Positions 26,101 to 32,000 of a stretch of DNA of 32,000 bases are shown piece by piece (the first letter of the stretch is position 1; each line of letters begins with the position of its first letter). Origin of the DNA: Nostoc punctiforme PCC 73102 (GTDB taxonomy: Bacteria; Cyanobacteriota; Cyanobacteriia; Cyanobacteriales; Nostocaceae). The translations under genes and the position numbers were made by a program. The DNA is taken from NCBI RefSeq assembly GCF_000020025.1, contig NC_010628.1:4740001-4772000 (forward strand). The letters are read 5' to 3'. The notes under the pieces were generated by a model. The model was not told the origin of the DNA and ran no database searches. It worked only from the letters and a program-made list of their open reading frames with translations.

Positions 26101-26135
26101 AGTTTGTCATTCAAATATCTACTCAACAACAATAA
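20160..26135 (+). CDS. Multidomain Ser/Thr protein kinase - P-loop NTPase (AAA_16/STAND-like) - TPR-like - GAF - PAS - histidine kinase (HstK type)
   Basis: The STK motifs are VVIKLL, HKDIKPANILI, IDFS and LAYLSPEQ. The P-loop is GFCGIGKT with DDLQWAD. The GAF segment includes LLCTPILYQGKLLGILYLEN and the PAS segment includes FLRLIIDNIPQSVFWKD. HisKA is AHEINNPVGF and HATPase_c is DNGVGM, GKGTGLGLA. Confidence 0.9.
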   Translation: MNTAVEPIDKLLNYQISEQLYTGSRTLVYRAIREADQLPVVIKLLQQEYPTFNELLLFRNQYTIAKNIDLPGIVRPYSLEPYRNSYVLVMEDFGGISLRDWLNQKMASNQYTLTEFLDIAIALSNILDGLYRHRVIHKDIKPANILINPESQQVKLIDFSIASLLPRETQEVHSPNVLEGTLAYLSPEQTGRMNRGIDYRSDYYSLGVTFYELLTGHLPFQSNDPMELVHCHIAKQPEELKGREQACHELVLSVVVGAASRREGRSRTGAGGRREEEIPEVLCNIVMKLMAKNAEDRYQSALGLKFDLEKCLSQLQEIGSIKSFKLGERDICDRFIIPEKLYGRQGEVESLLDAFERVSQGSTEIMLVAGFCGIGKTAVVNEVHKPIVRQRGYFIKGKFDQFQRNIPFSAFVQAFRDLIRQLLNETDAQFEQWKCKILSALGENGQVMIEVIPELESMVGKQPPVPELSGSAAQNRFKSLFLKFTQVFTAVEHPLVIFIDDLQWADSASLKLMHLLMSEVDIGYLLLIGAYRDNEVNPVHPLMLTLEEIQKLGATVNTITLALLEQTPVNHLVADTLSCSLMLATPLTELILSKTKGNPFFSTQFLKALHQDQIITFNFDGGYWECDIAQVRSLALTDDVVEFMAIQLEKLSIETQEVLKLAACVGNQFDLATLAIVYEQSEATTPDELWKALQEGFIIPSSDIYKFYQQQALVNSHNDYGQITSSYKFLHDRIQQAAYSLIPDNQKQVTHLHIGRLLQQATTVNERDEKIFAIVNHLNQGVTLISDRQEQQELAHLNLAAGHKAKGATAYAAALDYFNTGIAILTSNCWHSQYNLALILYEGATESAYLCTDFEQMEQLAEIVLNHAKSWLDRVNIYSIKIQACMAQHQQLEALQLAREILKHLGVHLPEQPTPADIEQALRHTQTLLNGSSIESLLELPQIAAPEKKAAMVMLSSIISAAYQAAPDLLPLVIFAEFHLSVEYGNAPESTHGYVMYGLTLVATLGDIDAGYRFGQLGMNLMQRIHAPKLTAKTIFAFNCFLRHWQEPAKSTLEGYLQAYASGLESGDIEYVALSLMCYCYTAYWGGQELSALRQTIEVHCKVIQQLRQDTCLHTQSIYHQAVVNLLEVVLEPERLLGEYCHEDEIIQLYVKTNQEAGLYQVYFNKLFLSYLFQDYEQALENAKLAEPYLGAITGLVMLPLFYFYDALVRLAVYPTASKTDQIRIIERVRGHQEKLSTWAAHAPSNQAHRHALVIAEKCRVLGTKAEAIEYYDRAIAKAKENEYLNEEALANELTAKFYLEWGKERIAQEYLINSYYCYTRWGAKAKVDNLEQRYPQLLAPILQQKRSRSDSERVSPLTHNDTIANIDSITTFHSSIHKSATSNSNTSVMLDLAAVLKASQTLSSEIELDKLLTKLLQVVIENAGADKCALLLLKEGRLLVEATTEVGHQSRLLQSIFVEDSADIPHSLIYAVKRSLQPTVILDATVYPMLMVDPYIMRQQPKSLLCTPILYQGKLLGILYLENNLTTGAFTSDRVEILNLLCTQAAISLENARLYQQAQDTLENLGQTEQFLRLIIDNIPQSVFWKDRNCVYLGCNYNFAQTSGVELPENVIGKTDYDLSWTREESNWYVECDRHIMESGQAELNIIETLQQADGKQIWSNTNKIPLRDREGNVFGILGTSEDITEYHQAQQLLQQQKQKLEQALQELKTMQLQLVQGEKMSALGNLVAGVAHEINNPVGFIAGNIEPAKDYIKDLFALINLYQQKFPNPGSDIQDEIDAIDLNYLREDLPKLLESMKLGVNRIRSISTSLRTFSRADKDYKVPFDIHEGIDSTILILRHRLKANENRPAIEVVKNYGKLPLVECFAGQLNQVFMNLLANAIDALEQYNTERSLEAILANPNCITIQTRVANSGEHVLIKISDNGVGMSPEIKERVFDHLFTTKPVGKGTGLGLAIARQIVVERHGGSLSCTSELGQGTEFVIQISTQQQ
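20877..20990. repeat. 114-nt in-frame dispersed-repeat insertion in the Ser/Thr kinase C-lobe
   Basis: It is flanked by GAAGAATT (20871-20878) and GAAGAAATT (20985-20993), and GGCAGGGAGCAGG/GGGAGCAGGAGG lie at its two ends. The core is CTGAGCGTAGTCGTTGGCGCAGCCTCTCGTAGAGAAGGGCGTAGCC, translated as ...GREQACHELVLSVVVGAASRREGRSRTGAGGRREE. Confidence 0.6.
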
Positions 26136-26293
26136 TGATTTCTGTTAGCGGTAGCGAGGCTTTAGCTCGTACTTTCTACTTTACTCAGCACTCTTAATTT
26201 TTGGTTTTCAAATTTAAACTTCTAGCAAATCGCTTTATGATCTTTAAATTATACAAAAGTTGGTTGGAAACCAACTCCCAAAAGTATCCTGCA

Positions 26294-28138
26294 ATGGACA
26301 AAAACCACTACTCATTTAAAGATCGATCGCGTAATTTCATATTACTATCAATTTTGGTGATTTTGTCCATTAATATTAGCGTCACCGCTATCATTAGTTA
26401 CAACATTGTGAAAGGGTTGTTGCTCAATAGTCTCAAGCAGCAAGCACTGTTAAAAACACAACAAGGTCAAAATGATATTGATAATTGGTTAGCCATTCGG
26501 AAGACAGAAATTAAAACTCTGGCAAATTCTGCTGTAGTGCGATCGCTAGATTGGCCGATGATAGAACCTTACTTGCAATCTGAGGTGAAGCGGCTAGAAA
26601 CGTTTTTGCTCATGGCGGTGAGCATACCAGATGCTACATTAATGAATACTCAAGGCGATCGGCTCAATGTTAAAGATCGAGAATTTTTTAAGAGGAGTAT
26701 GGTTGGTGAAACGGTAGCTGCCGATCCAATTATTGGACGCACAACCAATCAGTTACAGATTCAGATTAGTTCGCCGATTCCTGCCGAAACAGGCACAAAG
26801 CCAGCAGGTGTATTAATGGGAGGAATTCCGATTAACCGAGTAGTTGAGGTCATCAACAATTTACGTCAAGGCAAGGGCAGCTATGCCTTTGCGCTAAATT
26901 CTCAAGGAATTCCCATCGCCCATCCCGATACTGAACTAATTGGTACACCGGAACAAGCCGCCCATAGTTTTCTCAATTCACCCAGTCCCAGGCTAGCTGA
27001 AATTACTCAAAAGATGGTGGCTAGACGCACAAATATTGAATTGGCTCAACTGGATGGCAAGTGGAGCTATATTGCTTATACTCCCCTGAGAGAAGCAAAT
27101 TGGTCGGTAGCTTTAGTTGTGCCGCAAGAAAATATTGAATCGCCATTGCAGGCATTGAACCTATTGGCTACGGTTCTGGGAGGATTGCTAGTGGTTGGAT
27201 TGGTCGGTGGATGGCGACAGGTGCAACTATACGAACAGATTCGCGATCGCGCCTTGATTTCTAGCCAGCAAGCGCAACAACTCAGCAAAACCTTGAAAGA
27301 ATTGCAAAATACCCAAGCTCAACTCATCCACACCGAAAAAATGTCTAGCCTGGGACAACTAGTGGCTGGAGTGGCACATGAAATCAATAATCCCGCCAAT
27401 TTTATCCATGCCAATCTCAACCATGCAAGCGTTTACAGCCAAGACATCCTCGATTTGCTCAAGCTTTATCAACAAACCTATCCAAATCCTACGCCCGAAA
27501 TTAGCGATCGCATCCAAGACCTTGATATTGAGTTTCTGGCAGAAGATTTACCCAAGCTAATGGCATCGATGCAAGTGGGAACCAAGCGCATTCGTCAAAT
27601 TGTGCTGTCGCTGCGTAATTTCTCGCGCCTTGATGAAGCAGACATGAAATTTGTGGATATTAATGAAGGATTAGACAACACTCTGATGATTCTAAATCAT
27701 CGCTTGACAGCCACGCCTAATCAACCAGAAATCCAGATCGTTAAGAAGTACGGTGATTTACCCCTAGTAGAATGCTATGCAGGGCAACTCAATCAGGTGT
27801 TTATGAATGTTCTAGTGAATGCGATTGATGCCGTAGAAGAGTCATTAGTAAAGAATCAAGGACAAATTTGCATTCGTACTGAACTCACTAATGAAAAACA
27901 AGTGATTATTCAGATTTCCGATAATGGTATTGGGATGTCAGAAGAGATAAAGCAACGAGTATTTGACTATATGTTCACTACTAAACCTGTGGGTAAAGGA
28001 ATCGGATTAGGGATGGCGATCGCTTATCAAATTGTTGTGGACAAACATGCAGGAACTATTGAAGTTGATTCAACCCCAGGATGTGGAACAGACTTTACCA
28101 TCCGTATTCCTTTAAAAAGTAAAAGCTCAATACATTGA
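26294..28138 (+). CDS. Membrane sensor histidine kinase with a periplasmic Cache-type domain
   Basis: A TM helix (FILLSILVILSINISVTAIISY), a Cache-like region (EFFKRSMVGETVAADPIIGRTTNQLQIQISSPI...SYAFALNSQGIPIAHPD) and a second TM helix are followed by the H-box AHEINNPANF and HATPase_c. I place the start at ATG 26294, because the tracked ORF starts at TTG 26201. Confidence 0.85.
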   Translation: MDKNHYSFKDRSRNFILLSILVILSINISVTAIISYNIVKGLLLNSLKQQALLKTQQGQNDIDNWLAIRKTEIKTLANSAVVRSLDWPMIEPYLQSEVKRLETFLLMAVSIPDATLMNTQGDRLNVKDREFFKRSMVGETVAADPIIGRTTNQLQIQISSPIPAETGTKPAGVLMGGIPINRVVEVINNLRQGKGSYAFALNSQGIPIAHPDTELIGTPEQAAHSFLNSPSPRLAEITQKMVARRTNIELAQLDGKWSYIAYTPLREANWSVALVVPQENIESPLQALNLLATVLGGLLVVGLVGGWRQVQLYEQIRDRALISSQQAQQLSKTLKELQNTQAQLIHTEKMSSLGQLVAGVAHEINNPANFIHANLNHASVYSQDILDLLKLYQQTYPNPTPEISDRIQDLDIEFLAEDLPKLMASMQVGTKRIRQIVLSLRNFSRLDEADMKFVDINEGLDNTLMILNHRLTATPNQPEIQIVKKYGDLPLVECYAGQLNQVFMNVLVNAIDAVEESLVKNQGQICIRTELTNEKQVIIQISDNGIGMSEEIKQRVFDYMFTTKPVGKGIGLGMAIAYQIVVDKHAGTIEVDSTPGCGTDFTIRIPLKSKSSIH

Positions 28139-28270
28139 AATAGATAAAAATTATACAAGTTATTTTTTGGCTAAATTCTACCCTCATTCTCAAAGGCGAT
28201 ATACTTTAAGAAAGTTGATTTGTGAATTTAATCTGCTGTAACAGCTACTACATCAACTCTCTGAGGTAAT

Positions 28271-28909
28271 ATGCTTTTAAAATTGCAACAAATTATTGTT
28301 AAACCTGGTCAACAAATGTTGCTAAAAGATATTAGTTGGCAGCAGTTAGAAAATATTTTAGAAGAAATGGGAGAGAGGCGTGCTGCACGTATTTCTTATA
28401 GTCATGGTTGGTTAGAAATTATGGTTCCCCTACCAGAACACGAAAAAGATAAAGAACTTATTGGTGATTTAGTCAAAATTTTGTTAGAAATACTCCAAAT
28501 TGATTTTGAACCTTTTGGTTCCACAACACTTAAAAATGAGCGAATGCGGCAAGCAGTAGAACCAGATACCAGTTTTTATATTCAAAATCAAGCTGCTGTA
28601 ATTGGGAAAAATCGCATTGATTTAACTATAGACCCACCACCAGATTTAGCAATCGAAATTGATATTACTTCTCGAACTAGATTTAAAAATTATGAAATTT
28701 TGGGAGTTCCTGAACTTTGGCGACATACACAACAAGGTTTAGAAATTTTCTTGCTCAAAGAAGGGAAATATATAAAATCAGAATCTAGTCCTAATTTTCC
28801 TGATATCCCAATTGTTGAATTAGTGAATAAATATGTTCAGCAGTGTTTAACAATTGGCAGAAGTCAAGCTATGCGTAATTTTCGAGATTGGGTAAAGAAT
28901 AATTTATAA
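28271..28909 (+). CDS. Uma2-family (DUF820) PD-(D/E)xK-like endonuclease
   Basis: The family pattern is WLEIMVPLPEHE...EPDTSFYI...PPDLAIEIDITS...YEILGVPELW. Confidence 0.8.
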   Translation: MLLKLQQIIVKPGQQMLLKDISWQQLENILEEMGERRAARISYSHGWLEIMVPLPEHEKDKELIGDLVKILLEILQIDFEPFGSTTLKNERMRQAVEPDTSFYIQNQAAVIGKNRIDLTIDPPPDLAIEIDITSRTRFKNYEILGVPELWRHTQQGLEIFLLKEGKYIKSESSPNFPDIPIVELVNKYVQQCLTIGRSQAMRNFRDWVKNNL

Positions 28910-28994
28910 GAATGCGATCGCTATTTTTGAATGCCAGAATAAACAAGTGCGTAGTTTACCGCCGTAGGCATCGCTATTAAGTAAAACTGCAAAA

Positions 28995-31520
28995 CTAAGG
29001 TTTAATAAGCACAAATTCGTATTTATCAGTGCCAGGTATTTGTTGAACTTTAACTAAAAAGATGTCATTATTTATGCGATCACCTGATTGTGCAAACTGA
29101 ATCTTTCCTGTAGCACCATCGACTGAAAAACTTGGGCTGTGCAGTACTTGTTGTAATCCCTCACGTGTACTATTTTGCTGCAAGCCTGCGACAATTGCTT
29201 TAGTTGCATCATAAGCCGTAGCCGTTCGCCAATTCACGCGCCCGCGCCAAAGTTTTTGAGAATTTTTTAAAAAAGGATTATCAGGAAATGCTGCGGGATG
29301 CCAAGGCGCAGCGAGTACCATACCGTTGATATTGGCTTTCCCAACTTCTAATGTTTCAATTGTATAAAGTGTGGGACTACTGAATAGTGCTAACTGCCCT
29401 TTATTAGCTTCTGCTACTGCTAAACCTTTCTTAATTTGGTCGATGTAGAGACCTAATACCAAACCATCCGCCTTACTATTGATAGCCTGAGAAATGACTG
29501 CACTAGGGTTGAAATTAGAGGAAGAAACATCACAATTTGTAGTATTAATCTTGCCCCCAGCAGCCGTTATTTTTGTGAGTAATTCCTCTTTAAATGACTG
29601 ATTGTCAACTGCTTTAAAATCAACACAAATAAGAATATTGTTTTTTTTCATTGTTTTGATAGCATAACGAGACAAGCTATCAGCCATTAAACTAACATTG
29701 GGAACAGTGCGGAAAATATAGTTACCAGTATTAGAAAGGTTTTGGGCAAAACTGGTAGGAGATATCATCACTAACCCGTTTTTTTGATAGACATAAGCTG
29801 CGGGTATAGAAGCATTACTGGCATTGTGCCCAACCACAGCCAAAATTTTGGTATCCTTAACAAACTGATTGGCAATCTGTACGGCATCGGTTGGGTCATT
29901 ATTATCATTAGCGATCGCCAACTCCAATAGTTTGCCATTAGGACTGCCACTGTTATTTACTTCATCTTGGGCTTGAGCTGCACCGCGTAGTATCTCTTCT
30001 GCGACAGATTGAGTTGTACCGATAGGTACGCTCACGGCAATTTTGAGCCGATCTACTTTCTGGCGAGCTTTAGCATTGTTTAAGTAAATTAATGCTTCTG
30101 GGTCAGTGGAATTAGTTTTTCGATAAGCATCAAACTTTTCAATAGCAGTCTTACAGTCACTGTTAGCAAATGCTTGAACTCCAGCTTTTTTATCTGGGTT
30201 TGTATCTGGTTTTAATAAAATTTCTTCACCCAAGCTAATTCTATCACCTAAAGTAAACTCCTCTTTGGTACAGGAGTTTTCTATTGGCGGAACTCCAGGT
30301 TGAGATTTACTTCCTGGTCTCAAAAGGTAGACTACAGTACCGCCAATAACTAATCCGATTACTCCGATAATGCTAGCTGCTATATAGTTAAATTTGCCAG
30401 GTTCGGGAGGTGGGGGATTGACAATTACCGGAGGTGGGGTAAGTGGCTGTTCAGCAATTATTGGAGCTTCTATTAGGGCTATATCTTCATCTCTAAGTCC
30501 TAACGCTTGCTGAAGACGTTTCAAATTAGCGCCAGTTCTATCGCTGAGAGGAAACCCTTGTCTAATCTCGTCACGGAACGCTAGCTCATATTGCTGTAAT
30601 TTTATCCTTTTGTTTTCGATAGGTGCTAAAACCTGAGTTTCAATTGCAGCAGCATCCTCAGATGATAATTGCAGGGTCTCTTGTAATGCATCCAATGCAG
30701 TGCGACCAGCAACAGAAATTTTACCGTTCCCGCCCTCTACCCAATACTCAACTTCTCGAAGATATGTGAGTCTGGGATCGTTACTTGGTGCTTTTGCAAG
30801 CTTTATTTTAAAGCCACCTTTGACAGGATATATCTCTGGTTTCATGGCTGGCGTACTTTCTTGGACCTTCTTGGCAGCGTATTCATGCAATTCATCAACA
30901 GAAATCCAACCATCTTCATCGCGGTCTGCTGCACCAGTCTCTAACCCCTCAACTATGTAGCTGGTGTAAGTTGAGGTATCTACCCCATGCTGTTCAAAAG
31001 CAAATTGAGTTGAAGTCGAAGATGTAAGAACAGCCCGCCCTTCTCCACCCAATTGGTTCTTGACATCCACAAAACCATCATCTTTAGCCGCCATACCCTC
31101 TGCAAATGCGCCGCTAAAGCAACAATCGAGAATCACTACCTCGCGTTTGGAGCGACTATTGCTCATAACCTCATGGACAAAGTTAGCCGGTACTGTTGTT
31201 GCCCTAACTGGTACTCCCTTGTCAGTTTTACGGGTATTACGAGCCGCAAAGTAAAGCTTACCACTCTCATCTTTAATGCCATGTCCAGAAAAAAATAGCA
31301 GCACGAGGTCATCTTTTTGACGATTATCAAACAAGATTTCGATCGCTTCCTCCATCTCATGCCGTTGAGGGTTCAGCAGCACTTTGACATCATTAAAACC
31401 GCCAATCTCTGGGTTCTCTAAAACTCGCTGTATTGCCTCGACATCTTTTGTCGCTGCTGGCAATGGAGTAAGACCAGGTTCATACTCACTGACTCCGATT
31501 AGCAGTGCTACTTTTGCCAT
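28995..31520 (-). CDS. Transmembrane caspase-family (peptidase C14, orthocaspase) protein: caspase - EF-hand loop - two helical repeats - Pro-rich linker - TM - periplasmic Leu/Ile/Val-type (Peripla_BP_6-like) ligand-binding domain
   Basis: The caspase His/Cys dyad motifs are FFSGHG (His80) and ILDCCFSGAF (Cys134). The EF-hand loop is DRDEDGWISVDE (aa 199-210). The single TM helix is FNYIAASIIGVIGLVIGGTVVYLL (aa 377-400). The C-terminal ~430 aa have the pattern of ABC-type branched-chain amino-acid binding proteins (DPEALIYLNNAKA, KIAVSVPIG, ILAVVGHNASNAS, GLVMISPTS). Confidence 0.85.
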   Translation of the reverse strand: MAKVALLIGVSEYEPGLTPLPAATKDVEAIQRVLENPEIGGFNDVKVLLNPQRHEMEEAIEILFDNRQKDDLVLLFFSGHGIKDESGKLYFAARNTRKTDKGVPVRATTVPANFVHEVMSNSRSKREVVILDCCFSGAFAEGMAAKDDGFVDVKNQLGGEGRAVLTSSTSTQFAFEQHGVDTSTYTSYIVEGLETGAADRDEDGWISVDELHEYAAKKVQESTPAMKPEIYPVKGGFKIKLAKAPSNDPRLTYLREVEYWVEGGNGKISVAGRTALDALQETLQLSSEDAAAIETQVLAPIENKRIKLQQYELAFRDEIRQGFPLSDRTGANLKRLQQALGLRDEDIALIEAPIIAEQPLTPPPVIVNPPPPEPGKFNYIAASIIGVIGLVIGGTVVYLLRPGSKSQPGVPPIENSCTKEEFTLGDRISLGEEILLKPDTNPDKKAGVQAFANSDCKTAIEKFDAYRKTNSTDPEALIYLNNAKARQKVDRLKIAVSVPIGTTQSVAEEILRGAAQAQDEVNNSGSPNGKLLELAIANDNNDPTDAVQIANQFVKDTKILAVVGHNASNASIPAAYVYQKNGLVMISPTSFAQNLSNTGNYIFRTVPNVSLMADSLSRYAIKTMKKNNILICVDFKAVDNQSFKEELLTKITAAGGKINTTNCDVSSSNFNPSAVISQAINSKADGLVLGLYIDQIKKGLAVAEANKGQLALFSSPTLYTIETLEVGKANINGMVLAAPWHPAAFPDNPFLKNSQKLWRGRVNWRTATAYDATKAIVAGLQQNSTREGLQQVLHSPSFSVDGATGKIQFAQSGDRINNDIFLVKVQQIPGTDKYEFVLIKP

Positions 31521-31547
31521 CTCCCTATTCTTCCTTGCTAATGGAAT

Positions 31548-31928
31548 TTATGAGTTGCCCGCGATAAACTTTTGAGCTTGTTCAATAGCGGCGTTTAACT
31601 CTTGCTGACTGCTAGCTTTCACCTTGAGTTTTTTACCGTTAGCTTCAACTTCCAACTCAATAGTTTTGTTACCCAAGCGATCGCCCAAAAATCCCAACAA
31701 TTTCTTAAAATTGGCAAGGCTCACCTCGGCCTGCAACACTCCTACCAAAAAGCCACCAACAGATTTGGCTCCTTGAGGTATTTCTGTAACTGCTACAAGT
31801 TCAGCACTTTCTACATCTAATTCTTTGATGTCTCGCAGCAGATTCCGTGTTTCCTGTTCTTGTTCCTCTGCATCTAAGTCTGGATTAGAAAGAGCGATCG
31901 TCAGTTTGACGTTAGATTCAGAACTCAT
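31548..31928 (-). CDS. Small acidic protein, EACC1-like (effector-associated constant component-like), co-oriented 27 nt upstream of the caspase gene
   Basis: The 126-aa layout is VKLTIAL, then an acidic helix DAEEQEQETRNLLRDIKELDVESAELV, then PQGAKSVGG, then a hydrophobic helix FLVGVLQAEVSLANFKKLLGFL, then a beta-hairpin IELEVEANGKKLKVKA and a helix. This matches my recollection of small proteins found next to caspase/CHAT/trypsin effectors. A GGGAG Shine-Dalgarno for the caspase lies in the 27-nt gap. Confidence 0.55.
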   Translation of the reverse strand: MSSESNVKLTIALSNPDLDAEEQEQETRNLLRDIKELDVESAELVAVTEIPQGAKSVGGFLVGVLQAEVSLANFKKLLGFLGDRLGNKTIELEVEANGKKLKVKASSQQELNAAIEQAQKFIAGNS

Positions 31929-32000
31929 TTTGTGCCCTTTTAGGTTTTTCAGCAGTTGATGGTCAATTGTATTTCTGTAGTATATCGATTGACATCACCT

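Noticed and set aside
1-32000. A search for tRNA, rRNA, tmRNA, riboswitch or group I/II intron signatures
   Set aside because: I could not recognise conserved T-loop or acceptor patterns, rRNA segments, or known riboswitch cores by eye. Absence is not proven without tRNAscan or Infernal.

Overview
This is a chromosomal window from a filamentous Nostoc/Anabaena-type cyanobacterium. The evidence is roughly two dozen perfect HIP1 palindromes (GCGATCGC) by manual scan, heptamer tandem repeats (STRR-like), and many short G-rich or 'AATGCCC'-type dispersed repeats. I see four accessory regions. (1) 1-7024 holds an NHLM/NHLP-type bacteriocin export set: an HlyD adaptor plus a C39-peptidase ABC exporter and a second ABC exporter. 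The HlyD 3' end is split by a 132-bp MITE. The two ABC genes are read as one 1773-aa ORF, bridged by a G-rich repeat. No precursor peptide gene is visible. (2) 19342-20013 is a DUF433/DUF5615 toxin-antitoxin pair. (3) 20160-28138 holds a 1991-aa Ser/Thr-kinase/NTPase/TPR/GAF/PAS/histidine-kinase protein (HstK type) followed by a Cache-domain histidine kinase. A third paralogous kinase lies at 9432-10880. (4) 28271-31928 holds a Uma2 nuclease next to a two-gene operon: a small EACC1-like protein and a transmembrane caspase (C14)-EF-hand-TM-periplasmic binding-protein fusion. I rate this operon the most interesting candidate system. It resembles known caspase conflict-system modules, and I cannot show from sequence alone that it is undescribed. 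The remaining genes are housekeeping: phoD, an AI-2E transporter, NUDIX, folD, crtE, a DUF212/PAP2-like gene, ycf54, pdxJ and others. A recurring theme is short dispersed repeat elements inserted in frame into coding sequence, in lengths that are multiples of three (45, 108 and 114 nt). One such repeat supplies the pdxJ stop codon. I recognised no rRNA, tRNA or CRISPR array.
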